Shown: positions 28,739 through 38,559, counted from the stretch's first letter. The stretch: 56,069 bases of DNA from Candidatus Babelota bacterium (GCA_026389015.1 JAPLIR010000017.1:1-56069); one strand, 5' to 3'. Notes: generated by a model not told the origin, from the sequence alone. A program made the numbers and translations.

Positions 28739-29446
28739 TTATGGACAAAATGGACAAAGAGTTCCTGCAGCCCAGGCAGCCATTGATGCTGCCTCAATAC
28801 CCGCCACTAATCCAACAGTTCCGGCACCAGTTGCTGCTGCTGTTGCTATTGCTGCTCCAGAAGCGGTCGTAGCTATTGCAGTAGCGGTGGCGGATGTTGC
28901 AATAGCTCCAGCTACTGCAGTAGCTCCTAAAGTTGAAGTTGCCGTAGCCGTAATTACAGCGCTACCCGCTGCCCCAATAGCTGCCGCCGCTGCTCCACCA
29001 CCAGTTGCAACTACAGCGGCCGTAATACCTGCTCCTGCTGCTGCTCCAACTCCACCCCAACATAATGATTTAGTAAGCCAATAAAGCACTGCTCCAGTGA
29101 TAGGCCCGCCACCATTAAGACGACCATTTTCTTTAACAGAAAATTCACCTTCGCTATTTTTATTAAGCGTTAAATACCCATGAGCAAGAATTTTGCTCAG
29201 CCTTGCCGTATCAACATTTCTTATATTTTTATCAACTAAATAATTCGGCACTTCTTTATATTGTCCATCTTCGTTGACTTGGAAACTCTCTCCATCATGA
29301 AATAGCGAAGCTCTTTTTGCTTCCCCTAATTTCTGCACTGATGCGCCCGAAATTTGAGTCATCATACCAAATGACGAGCTACTTATAAAAATGGCGGATA
29401 ACATAACGAGATTAAAATATGACTGCTTACTTTTTAACATGATCAC
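28739..29446 (-). CDS. Paralog-family D: secreted protein with long Gly/Ala/Thr-rich hydrophobic C-terminal half, ending LCPFCP
   Basis: 235 aa. Signal peptide ...SSSSFGMM. Central NGGGPITGAVLYWL resembles KGGGIGGAWVGSTIGYGL of 39580..40173. Very Ala/Gly-rich tail (about 120 aa). Confidence 0.5.
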   Translation of the reverse strand: MIMLKSKQSYFNLVMLSAIFISSSSFGMMTQISGASVQKLGEAKRASLFHDGESFQVNEDGQYKEVPNYLVDKNIRNVDTARLSKILAHGYLTLNKNSEGEFSVKENGRLNGGGPITGAVLYWLTKSLCWGGVGAAAGAGITAAVVATGGGAAAAAIGAAGSAVITATATSTLGATAVAGAIATSATATAIATTASGAAIATAAATGAGTVGLVAGIEAASMAAWAAGTLCPFCP

Positions 29447-29474
29447 ACTTTCTTTTAAAATTGATGGATTGCTA

Positions 29475-29789
29475 CTATTTCTTTTCAGTTGCAGATTTTT
29501 GCTGAGTAAAATATTTGTAACCCTGATGAGCAGCTACTGCAGCGCCCGCAACAACAAGAGTACTCGGAAATAAACAACAGCCACCCTTTACTATTGCCGT
29601 GGTTGTTGGCCAGGCTACATAAGCAACTGTAGCGGCTGCTGACGCCTTACTAATACCACTTGTTGCTTGTTGTTGATTTTTTGCGCCTTCATTCGGCTTA
29701 TTTGCTGGAAACATAGCATTAGACAAACCATGTGTAGCTAACATCAAAAAAGCAACTGCAACTATATTTCTTTGTACCATTATTGGCAT
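29475..29789 (-). CDS. Paralog-family C: small secreted/membrane protein with Gly/Ala hydrophobic segment and Lys-rich tail
   Basis: 104 aa. Pattern AAATVAYVAWPTT...GAAVAAHQGYKYF...KK parallels AASVGIGFGVAKVVLAYTAPYIGLAHAVTAAGISGYHTYK...KKDK of 39272..39580. Confidence 0.45.
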   Translation of the reverse strand: MPIMVQRNIVAVAFLMLATHGLSNAMFPANKPNEGAKNQQQATSGISKASAAATVAYVAWPTTTAIVKGGCCLFPSTLVVAGAAVAAHQGYKYFTQQKSATEKK

Positions 29790-30431
29790 CCTATCATCAT
29801 TAAAAGTTAATAATTATTTTTCTATTTTTCTCATTGCGTAAAATGCACGGCATCAAAAAACTCTCAATTTATTGGTAAGAGCCCTTTCGAATAATATGTT
29901 AATAATATTTACTTGATTTTTTTACTTCACTAAAATTCAACTGTACTCGCGACAAAACATCAGCATGAATGCGACATAAAGACATCCGTCAAAAGTTTTT
30001 AATCTGATTTTATACGTAATGAAATTTGTTTAATCTGTTTGTCTTGATTAAGCATTAAATGCGACAAGCCGCCTGAAAAAGATCGTAGAAAAATTGAACG
30101 TGTAAAAAAACTATTGTTGCATACCATGAAAGGTGTCCGATCGTACTTAAAGAGTGATGATAACGTGCCCATATTTTCATGATCGCTTAACATACATGAA
30201 ACTGTAACATCTAAATCTTAGGATGATTCGTGTTAATTTAGTGTTATATCTATACGGCGCCCTTTCACATGGCAAAGACCGAGAAGTCTTATTGAAAAAT
30301 GAGGAAATCTTATTTTTAATTATTTGCTGCATATCACGATAGTCGACAACTCAGTTAAAGTCAACAAAGATAGACAAAAGAATAAATTCGGTTAGGTTAT
30401 GCACAAAGAGTTATTTTTACTAAGGAGAGCC

Positions 30432-30635
30432 ATGGCAAATAGTTTACATGAATTAAAGAACGAACAAGATGCAATGCGATTGCAATTATTTGAATTATAC
30501 AAATCAGGAAACAAGTCTATTTTAGGCACATCAAAAGACATAAAGATTGCCTATACTTCCTTGCGATCTTTCATGCTGGGTAAAAAACTGAGCTACCTTA
30601 ATTTGTTGAAAATAAAAGAATGGCTCAAAGATTAG
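30432..30635 (+). CDS. Small HTH-like DNA-binding protein (about 68 aa), paralog of 38560..38775
   Basis: ORF opens at 30399. Start MANSLHELKNEQ (RBS aaggagag). About 75 percent aa identity to the 38.6-kb copy. Segment GTSKDIKIAYTSLRSFMLGKK resembles Cro/XRE-type helix-turn-helix. Confidence 0.5.
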   Translation: MANSLHELKNEQDAMRLQLFELYKSGNKSILGTSKDIKIAYTSLRSFMLGKKLSYLNLLKIKEWLKD

Positions 30636-31531
30636 ACCGTCATTAAATAGTTTGCTCGCGTCGCACCATCTGGATGGCCAGATGCAACTGCCTGTGGAAG
30701 ATGAGCAAGAAGTCCCATATGTTCTTTTTTGTATTCATTAGATATCTCCTGACAAGCAGCAAAAAATTGTGCTGCTGCATGAATTTCTTCTGCAGTGCTG
30801 TAGCGCGCTGCAAACATATCTGCTTTTTTTTCTTCGTAATAGGTAAATAATGCATTTGAACTATAACTCAAACATACGTCAGTCGTACCTCCGGCAAGCA
30901 TACCAAGCATAATCGCAGCAATAGGGTATGACATAAGCAAACATGCAACACCAATGCCAACAAATGCTACGCATGCTCCAATGACACCGCAGATGATAAT
31001 CTTTTTTATAGAATAGTTATGATAAATATGACCAAGTTCATGCCTGAAAATAAATCGTTGTGCATCTTCGGTAAGCATCGTATTAATTTTCTTATGAAGT
31101 TCTTTTGTATTCTCAGGAAGGGCCGCGACAACGGGCTCTAATAGTTTATACACACTTTTTACCTGGGCATCATGTTCAATGTTTTTCCACATACGCGGAT
31201 CAATAATTACGGTATTTAATTGGGCCATGGCGATGCCATCGCCAGCATATGCATACCTAATATCAATGGTATCAGGATTTAATCCACAGGCTGAAATCTC
31301 CTTATCAAACGCAACTTGATATTGTTGTGATGGATAATAATGCAAACCTCTTGTCTGGCTCTGAGCTCCTGAATAATTTAGATAACCAACATATCCACCC
31401 ATTGCTAATGAACAAAGAACAATGGCCGTGCGACTACGAAACATAGTTGGATTACCATAAGCCAAAAAAATCAAAGGAATGGAAAGATTAAAGACACCAA
31501 GAGCTTGTTGCAGCAACATCGAACTTATCAT
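30632..31531 (-). CDS. M48-like zinc metallopeptidase (HExxH...E), membrane-associated
   Basis: 299 aa. FRHELGHIYHNY (HELGH of the M48/HtpX family), downstream EKKADMFAA (third-ligand Glu motif). TM segments. Confidence 0.55.
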   Translation of the reverse strand: MISSMLLQQALGVFNLSIPLIFLAYGNPTMFRSRTAIVLCSLAMGGYVGYLNYSGAQSQTRGLHYYPSQQYQVAFDKEISACGLNPDTIDIRYAYAGDGIAMAQLNTVIIDPRMWKNIEHDAQVKSVYKLLEPVVAALPENTKELHKKINTMLTEDAQRFIFRHELGHIYHNYSIKKIIICGVIGACVAFVGIGVACLLMSYPIAAIMLGMLAGGTTDVCLSYSSNALFTYYEEKKADMFAARYSTAEEIHAAAQFFAACQEISNEYKKEHMGLLAHLPQAVASGHPDGATRANYLMTV

Positions 31532-31690
31532 GAAAATTATCCCTATAAAATTTGTATTGGCCTGCTCTTATTGCATACAGGCTTTGATTAGGTAGCTACA
31601 AAGATCAAAAGAAAAACATTAAAGCGTACCATTAACTATCTTTATAAGTAGTTTCGGCCCCCACTTTTTATATTTTCTGAGCTAATATTT

Positions 31691-32704
31691 TTACGCTGGT
31701 TGCCCATCAAGATATTCTTGTGCCGCTTTAATGCGATCCTCATGACTTGGATGTTCGCCTAATGGTGTATTGTAATAAAACCACTTTAAAATATTATTGT
31801 TTGCCTTGACTAAGTAGTAACGTACATTTAACTCCAAGCGATCAAACAAAGCTAACTTTGACTTATTTTCTTCTAACTTAATATAAGTCTCTAAAAAATC
31901 AGCTTCTTTATTTTGTTCTTTTTGCTGAAGATCTTCACAGAACTCGATCAATCCTTCTCCCTTACCATTTTCTTTATAGGCAAACTCATCAGCTTCTTTT
32001 TCAAATCGCTTATTAATAATTAAAGACACTAAGCCCAATGTAGCAAAATTCTTTATTACATTTTTAAAATAATGGATAATATCGATCTTAGCACGGTACA
32101 TATTGTCAACATGATAACCCAAAATATCGTACCGATTGGGAGCAATATACTCCACTAATTTATGCATTCCTATAGCAATAGGAATTAAAATAGCTAGCTT
32201 CTTATTTACATGATTATACTTTATATGTCCTAACTCATGAGCTAAAACAGCCTCTAAAACTTCGTCCGATGTTTCGAGTAATAATTTTTGATTTATAATA
32301 ATTGCTCCTGTGCTTGTAAAAAGTTTACAAGCACAAGCATTAAAAAAACCACTATCCGTAGTAAGAAAGATGGTTGGTGTCTTCATATCATTCTGCTTAC
32401 AAATACTGTCTACATATGAATACATTTTCGGCATCGTAACAGGCGTTACTACAATTCCATGCATTAACATAGTAAACATAAAACGCAAAAGTCGTTGAGA
32501 CCGAGTAAGCTCTTGATAATTTTCGATCGCCGTTTTAATATTTCGTAGATCCGGATGAGCATCTTCATTAAAAATAATTTTGTAATTTAAGCTATTTTTA
32601 AATGCTTTGAGCTCCTGTTTATAAACACTGGTTTTTTGTTCTGCCTGAGCAACTCCCATGCAAAAGATAAAAGCTAATAAACACGTCTGACGAATTAAAT
32701 ACAT
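31691..32704 (-). CDS. M48-like zinc metallopeptidase, paralog of 30632..31531
   Basis: ORF opens at 32767. Start at MYLIRQ (RBS aggataaa). Signal/TM N-terminus, LAHELGHIKYNH, EKEADEFAY, C-terminal HPSHEDRI. Confidence 0.55.
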   Translation of the reverse strand: MYLIRQTCLLAFIFCMGVAQAEQKTSVYKQELKAFKNSLNYKIIFNEDAHPDLRNIKTAIENYQELTRSQRLLRFMFTMLMHGIVVTPVTMPKMYSYVDSICKQNDMKTPTIFLTTDSGFFNACACKLFTSTGAIIINQKLLLETSDEVLEAVLAHELGHIKYNHVNKKLAILIPIAIGMHKLVEYIAPNRYDILGYHVDNMYRAKIDIIHYFKNVIKNFATLGLVSLIINKRFEKEADEFAYKENGKGEGLIEFCEDLQQKEQNKEADFLETYIKLEENKSKLALFDRLELNVRYYLVKANNNILKWFYYNTPLGEHPSHEDRIKAAQEYLDGQPA

Positions 32705-32847
32705 AAATTTTATCCTGAGCAATGAAATAGTTATTTTGTTGTTTCCATCTAAACGCCACTGCTTCAAAACTATTCATCTCAGATTTCACGCTAGAACTAT
32801 AGCAAATATAACAATATTCGTCGTTATTTGTGTTGCAGTATAAACAA

Positions 32848-33453
32848 TTAAAAACTATACCCAAGCCCGGCGCCAAAAATGGCTCCACTCACGTTAGCCT
32901 TTACTGATTGCAATCCCATTAAACAATCACAATCATTGCTGCCCACTTTTACAAAACTATAATCAACGAACAAATCAATCAAAAAATTACAATCCATACG
33001 ATAATTTGCGCCTACTTTTGCTATCCCACCAAAGCCCCATTTCGATTGATTTGCAAAAACAAAATCAGAACAGTTTTTTGTGCGAACATTCACTGGTTGA
33101 AATCCTAAGCCAACATAAAAGTCAACGCGATCATCACACATGCGCTCAAGATACTTTACCCCAAGAGCCAAAGGAATCAATTTCACGGTTGTCTCATCAC
33201 AAAGCCCAATGGAGTGTCCTTTTTTGTGAAAATAATTAAAGCCGGCAAAAGCATACCATGGGGTATCTTCGCACACTTGCACCGTAAGCTCCGGGCCATA
33301 CAAAGCACCGCCCTTGCCATAAATATTTTTAAATTCAGAATCAGTCGGCTTGAAGTAAGCACCCTTGAATTCTAAAATAATGTCTCTTGCCTGCAATGAA
33401 AAAACAAAAAATAATGAAACTAAAAAAGAACGTATTGTTTTACCTGTCATCAT
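32848..33453 (-). CDS. Small outer-membrane beta-barrel protein (OmpA/OmpW-like 8-strand type)
   Basis: 201 aa. Signal peptide, alternating beta-strand pattern, C-terminus GAGLGYSF (aromatic-x-aromatic terminal Phe). Confidence 0.6.
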   Translation of the reverse strand: MMTGKTIRSFLVSLFFVFSLQARDIILEFKGAYFKPTDSEFKNIYGKGGALYGPELTVQVCEDTPWYAFAGFNYFHKKGHSIGLCDETTVKLIPLALGVKYLERMCDDRVDFYVGLGFQPVNVRTKNCSDFVFANQSKWGFGGIAKVGANYRMDCNFLIDLFVDYSFVKVGSNDCDCLMGLQSVKANVSGAIFGAGLGYSF

Positions 33454-33471
33454 GATTTTACTTCCTACTTT

Positions 33472-34863
33472 TTAACAATTTTGTGTAACAGTTATTGCAA
33501 GTGGCTCTGAAGTGGTGCCAACAGCGTTAGTGCCCACCACATAATATGTATATACCACATTTGGCGATCTATTGTGGTCTAAAAATTGCAGCGGAGCTGT
33601 AGCTGGAACAATGGCAACTAATTCAGTTAATGCAGCATCACGATAAATAGAATAACTCACCGGCAATGATGAACCTGTTGCACTCCAGGTTAATTTATTT
33701 ATCAAATCTCTTTGGAGCAAAAACACATTGTGCGTTTTGCAACCCTGTCCCGTAATTTGAAACGATTGCAATGCTATAACATCAACGGTATTCGATGTGT
33801 AATTAGAAACATACGCGTAGTGACCATTGGGAGATATTGCAATTGCATCAGGAGATTGTCCAACTGGTATTATTGGAGGAATTACGGTATTGGTGGCAAT
33901 ATCAATAATATTCACGGTGCCTTGTCCCGCGGTTAAACCAGTGAATGCAGGGGCGCCGTTGGAATACAGCGTATTATAGTTACTCACATAGGCATAGCGG
34001 CCATCGGGCGTAATGGCAATGCCCGAAGGCTGTATGGCAAGATCAATCATTTTAATTATTGTATTACTTGTTAAATCAACTACAGCAACGGTTGTGCCTA
34101 TTGGTGCAAAATTGTTGCTCCCAAAATTAGTGACATAGGCGTACTTGCCATCGGGTGTTATTGCTATAGCAAATGGTCCAGAGAATCCTGATATCGTACC
34201 AACTACTGTATTGTTACTCGTTTGTATAATATTGATAAGGCCAGTACCAGGAAGGCCACCACTGTAGGTAATAACATAAACAAGTCCACCATCAGGTGCT
34301 ATTGCCAATGAAGCAGGAGCAAGATCCACAATAATTGGTGGTCCCACAATAGTATTGGTATTCAAATCAACAACACGTACCGTGTTTCCATGACCACTGC
34401 CAAGGATTGGTCCGCCATAATTATTCACATATGCTGTAGTACCATCAGGTGTTATTACCATGCCGGATGGTCCATCAAAACCCCCAATCAAGCCTGTAAC
34501 GGTATTAGTCGCTATATCTACAATAGAGATTGTCGCGGCATTGCTATTAGCTACATACGCTTTTGTGCCGGCCGCATTAATAGTCACCGTATACGGCTCA
34601 CTAAAAGTGGTACTCGTAATAGTTTGCTCAAGAAGATTATCCGTGAGATTTAATACACTCACCGTATCCTCACCAGCAATGCCATAATTATTATTGTTTG
34701 CAACATAGGCAAAATGATTATTTGGTGTAACAGCAAGCCCAGCAGGTGTGACACCTGTAGTAATTGTCGCAACCACGGTATTAGGCGCAACTGAATACAC
34801 GTGCGATGACGTTAATAACAATACAAAGCTTAAAAAATAATGCCTCTGAATTTTTTCTATCAT
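33472..34863 (-). CDS. YVTN-family beta-propeller repeat protein (secreted)
   Basis: 463 aa. Signal peptide. Repeated about 40-aa units with AYV(A/T)N...V(S/D)V(I/L)D...TN pattern (FAYVANNNNYG, AYVANSNAATISIVDIATN, AYVTNFGSNN, AYVSNYNT, AYVSNYTSNTVDVIAL). Confidence 0.65.
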   Translation of the reverse strand: MIEKIQRHYFLSFVLLLTSSHVYSVAPNTVVATITTGVTPAGLAVTPNNHFAYVANNNNYGIAGEDTVSVLNLTDNLLEQTITSTTFSEPYTVTINAAGTKAYVANSNAATISIVDIATNTVTGLIGGFDGPSGMVITPDGTTAYVNNYGGPILGSGHGNTVRVVDLNTNTIVGPPIIVDLAPASLAIAPDGGLVYVITYSGGLPGTGLINIIQTSNNTVVGTISGFSGPFAIAITPDGKYAYVTNFGSNNFAPIGTTVAVVDLTSNTIIKMIDLAIQPSGIAITPDGRYAYVSNYNTLYSNGAPAFTGLTAGQGTVNIIDIATNTVIPPIIPVGQSPDAIAISPNGHYAYVSNYTSNTVDVIALQSFQITGQGCKTHNVFLLQRDLINKLTWSATGSSLPVSYSIYRDAALTELVAIVPATAPLQFLDHNRSPNVVYTYYVVGTNAVGTTSEPLAITVTQNC

Positions 34864-35052
34864 TACAATCCTCTCTAGAAAAATAGTATTACAATGCTCA
34901 TATGCTGAAATACTATCCTAGAGGTTCTCTCCGCATCGTGTCAACAGATCTCCAGAAACCTAATAAGTGTTTGTTTTTTAATACGAGGTATAGTCAAAAA
35001 CGAATAACCTGATAACATTCAACAAAAAACATGTCCATAAAAAAGGATACGT

Positions 35053-36069
35053 ATGTTACTCATGAAGCGCTACTCGAGCATGCTCTTGCTGGGAGTTTAT
35101 TTGCAAAGTCTGGCCACCGTTGACCCAGCTGAAAATAGAGCCCTACGCAATATTAGACAAATCACCAACCCATCAATGGGTTTTGAAAAAGCTGGAGAAT
35201 CATATTTTTCTCCCGATGGTAAAACGCTTATCTTTCAAGCCGTACCAACGGGTGAAAAACAGTACCAAATTTATTCAATTGATATCGAACAAGGCGCACC
35301 ACACTTGGTGAGCACGGGCCGCGGCGCCTGCACCTGCGCATTCTTTAGACCTGATGGGCAGAAAATAATTTTTGCTTCCAGCCACGATGCTCCTGCTATG
35401 GATGATGAAGCTATGCAGACAGTGCCAGGATATCAACGCGACACTAAAAACTATGTGTGGGAATTTACACCCTACATGAATATTTACCAAGCCAATCCGG
35501 ACGGCACGGACTTAGTGCCCTTAACCAGTGGGCCTGCGTATTGTGCAGAATGCGCTTATTCGCCCAATGGCAAGCGCATCGTGTATGCAAGCAACGCTTG
35601 CGGGTCTATGAATCTTTATACTATGAATGCCGACGGCTCAAACGTGCAGCAAATTACCCACACAACCTCTATCTATAATGGTGGTCCATTTTTTTCACCT
35701 GACGGCAATTCAATCGTCTACCGAACCGATCCGGAAAAAAAAGATTACTTACAAATTTACGCTATCTCCCTCAATGACGGCCACACACAACAACTGACTA
35801 TGAACGGCGCGGTGAACTGGGCGCCATTTTGGCATCCGAATGGTAATATAATAGCTTTCACCACCTCACTGCATGGCCACCATCAATATGAAATTTATTT
35901 ATTAAATATTCACACACAAACTTTGTATCGACTCACGTACCATACAAGCTTTGATGGGTTGCCCAGTTTTAATAAAGATGGTACTCAAATCACCTGGACT
36001 TCCAAAAGAGGTCCGGACCAAACGTGCCAAATTTTTGTAGCTGATTTTGTTATGCCAGAAAATTTTTAA
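35053..36069 (+). CDS. TolB-like PD40 (WD40-like) beta-propeller protein, periplasmic
   Basis: 338 aa. Signal peptide. Repeated FSPDGKTLIF / YSPNGKRIVYAS / FSPDGNSIVYRTD / WHPNGNIIAFT PD40 motifs. Confidence 0.65.
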   Translation: MLLMKRYSSMLLLGVYLQSLATVDPAENRALRNIRQITNPSMGFEKAGESYFSPDGKTLIFQAVPTGEKQYQIYSIDIEQGAPHLVSTGRGACTCAFFRPDGQKIIFASSHDAPAMDDEAMQTVPGYQRDTKNYVWEFTPYMNIYQANPDGTDLVPLTSGPAYCAECAYSPNGKRIVYASNACGSMNLYTMNADGSNVQQITHTTSIYNGGPFFSPDGNSIVYRTDPEKKDYLQIYAISLNDGHTQQLTMNGAVNWAPFWHPNGNIIAFTTSLHGHHQYEIYLLNIHTQTLYRLTYHTSFDGLPSFNKDGTQITWTSKRGPDQTCQIFVADFVMPENF

Positions 36070-36079
36070 AGGATACTTT

Positions 36080-37500
36080 ATGAAACTATTTCGTGCGCGA
36101 AAACACACACAGATTAAAATGAAAGATCGGAGACTTTTGTCGGAGATCTTTCAGGGCAAAAGAATAGTATTAATTACGCTCATCGTTACGCGCTGCCTTG
36201 GCTCAGACAACCAAACAGATCTCCTAACGCCGGTACTCGTTGATAAGCCACTTCCTTTTAGCATTTGCGTGAAGCCTTCGAGTATTACCATACCTGGAGG
36301 GATACAATCATCTGCAGCAGGACAATGTGAGTCTGAAATTCTTTTGATAGCCGGACGTACCAATGGACTGCATAATTTTAACAACGACAATAACAACTTC
36401 CCACCGAGTCAGCAAAACACTACCATATTTGTTGTAAACATGCATACAAAAAAAGTGAGTTCTCAACAGCTCCACAGTACTATCAATCTGATGAAACACT
36501 ATATATTACCGGTGGTTATGGCGTTGATACAGCTACCGGAAATTTTTCCACTAAAGATACTCTCACGGCCATTGATGTTCCCGGCCTTATGCATTGGGTA
36601 AAGCACCCCAATTGCCCCTCGCATGCATCAAAGTATATTCGTCAAATTTCAAATCCTGTTTTTCAAGTAACAGGAGGCGCGATGTATCAAGTAGGCAAAA
36701 ATCCAACACTGCTTATATTTGGCCAAAATTTTGCAGGTTTTTATAATGGTTCTTCAAATGGCGATTACACACAACAAGTGCGTAGATTTCGTATCGTTGA
36801 TAATGGTGACTATCTTGGCGTAATTGTGTATCCAGCTACACCACCAAACCCAAATTATCGTCGCAGAGATTTAAATGTTGTCCCTATCGTACAATATAAT
36901 AAAGATGACAAAAAAGTTCCTGGCTTTGTAGCCCTTTCAGGAGTTTTTACTCTCAATACAGGCATTTGGACCGTGCCCGTTGAGATTACCACTAACGGAC
37001 AACCTTCAATGGCTGACCCTACCCTATCGGCAACCTTCAAACAAGGAATGAATAATTACGCATGCCCTCATGCTGAACTGTTATCAAAACATGGCAATAT
37101 GTACACGATATTATTCGGCGGCATTACCTTCGGATTTTTCCAAAATAAAACATTTCAAACCGATTCTGAAATTCCATTTACTAATCAAATGACGATAGTT
37201 AAACGAAATCGTTGCGGCTTATATGAACAATATTTACTACCTACCCAATACCCGGTAATTCTTTCAAAAGCATCAAATCCCAATAACCAGCTGCTGTTTG
37301 GAGCTGGCGGCATATTCATTCGCGCATGTGATATTCCTACAACCTGCAATAAAGTGATAAACTTAAAAAAAATTAAAAAGCCCACAGTGATTGGTTACAT
37401 ACTCGGCGGCATTCAAAGCACCTTACCTAACACCAATACATCTTCAGACTCGGCTGCATCACCCTATATTTTTAAGGTTATACTCACGCCACATTGCTAG
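36080..37500 (+). pseudogene. Kelch-like beta-propeller protein gene interrupted by a frameshift at an A7 homopolymer (about 36445-36451): ORFs 36047..36601 (frame 2) and 36589..37500 (frame 1) are one gene
   Basis: Frame 1 is open from 36394 and encodes ...SEFSTAPQYYQSDETLYITGGYGVDTATGNF... continuous with the 303-aa ORF. Frame 2 encodes ...TTIFVVNMHTKK up to the A-run. GGYG / FGG motifs. Could be a genuine pseudogene, programmed slippage or a sequencing error. Confidence 0.4.
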
Positions 37501-37514
37501 ATAAGAGAGAAAAA

Positions 37515-38474
37515 ATGAATACATTAAAATTAATACTACGCTCACTTAATGTAATTGCCTTACTAACCCTTGAATTGTATCCGATTACCTTAACGCCTCC
37601 ACCAAGCCCACGTGAATGGTTTCAAGCTGCAGACAATAACCAAAAATTGTCGAGCTTTCCTTATATAACGGGCGACACTTTGCGGACACTTGCTTCGTGT
37701 TGCATCGATGAATTAAGAATTCCGTTTAATACCAATGACATACATGACGGCGACATTATTTTTGTACGATCAAATTTAATCCCCTATTTTTTTGATGTAG
37801 TTCATCCGCTGCTCCAAGCACACTACATTTTGATTTCTCATAATGAAGACAGCCCTGCCATACGTAATTATGAAAACTTTCTTGATGACGAAAAACTCAT
37901 TGCATGGTTTGCCATGAACGTAGAGATTACTCATCGACATCCCAAATTGCATTTGATTCCCATTGGGATTGCTAACTCCTACTGGCCCTTTGGCAACGTA
38001 GAAATATTAGACGAGGTAACAAAAAAATTGCCCAACATCCAAAAACAACATCTGCTGTATATAAATTTTTATTTAGAGGATACACGAGCTTCCCGAATAC
38101 CGATCTATAAACTGTTTCTTAATAAACCATGGGCATACAGACGATATGGCAGACCTTGGAATGAATACTTAGAAGATCTTGTATCATCGCTGTTCGTTCT
38201 CAGCCCCCATGGCAATGGATTAGATTGCTACAGAACATGGGAAGCACTTCTTATGGGAAGCATCCCCGTCGTCAAAACATCATCGTTGGATCCATTATAT
38301 GATGATCTGCCGGTTGTTATTGTGCAAGAATGGGAAGAAGTAACTGAAGAATTTTTAGTGCAAAAATATCGCGAGATAAGTACTAGAGACTTTAAGATGC
38401 AAAAAATATATGCGCAGCATTGGCTGTATTTAATAAAAGAGTGCCAGAAAAACTTCTTACATGCTACGCGTTAA
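37515..38474 (+). CDS. Putative glycosyltransferase-like protein (C-terminal motif resembling exostosin/GT-B nucleotide-sugar binding segment)
   Basis: ORF opens at 37494. Start MNTLK (RBS aagagag). Segment SPHGNGLDCYRTWEALLMGSIPVV resembles the ...G...R..EAL..GCIPV motif of GT47/GT-B enzymes. Assignment tentative. Confidence 0.4.
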   Translation: MNTLKLILRSLNVIALLTLELYPITLTPPPSPREWFQAADNNQKLSSFPYITGDTLRTLASCCIDELRIPFNTNDIHDGDIIFVRSNLIPYFFDVVHPLLQAHYILISHNEDSPAIRNYENFLDDEKLIAWFAMNVEITHRHPKLHLIPIGIANSYWPFGNVEILDEVTKKLPNIQKQHLLYINFYLEDTRASRIPIYKLFLNKPWAYRRYGRPWNEYLEDLVSSLFVLSPHGNGLDCYRTWEALLMGSIPVVKTSSLDPLYDDLPVVIVQEWEEVTEEFLVQKYREISTRDFKMQKIYAQHWLYLIKECQKNFLHATR

Positions 38475-38559
38475 ATTTTTTTGACACTTAGAAGTAACGA
38501 GTAAAAACCCAGAAGAGCGATAGTCCAAACTGCTTAAAACAAAAAACCCGATTTCACAA

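Larger units (their letters stand above)
27296..30635. repeat. Copy 1 of a diverged inverted segmental duplication (HTH gene + C-D-small-A-B cassette; cassette on the minus strand)
   Basis: Gene order and paralogy mirror 38560..41837. HTH genes about 80 percent nt identity. Cassette genes recognisably homologous at protein level only. Confidence 0.6.

Noticed and set aside
28675-29084. Plus-strand ORFs 28675..28872 and 28887..29084 (poly-Ala/Leu)
   Set aside because: Antisense to the Ala/Gly-rich tail of the family-D gene. Low-complexity translation only.
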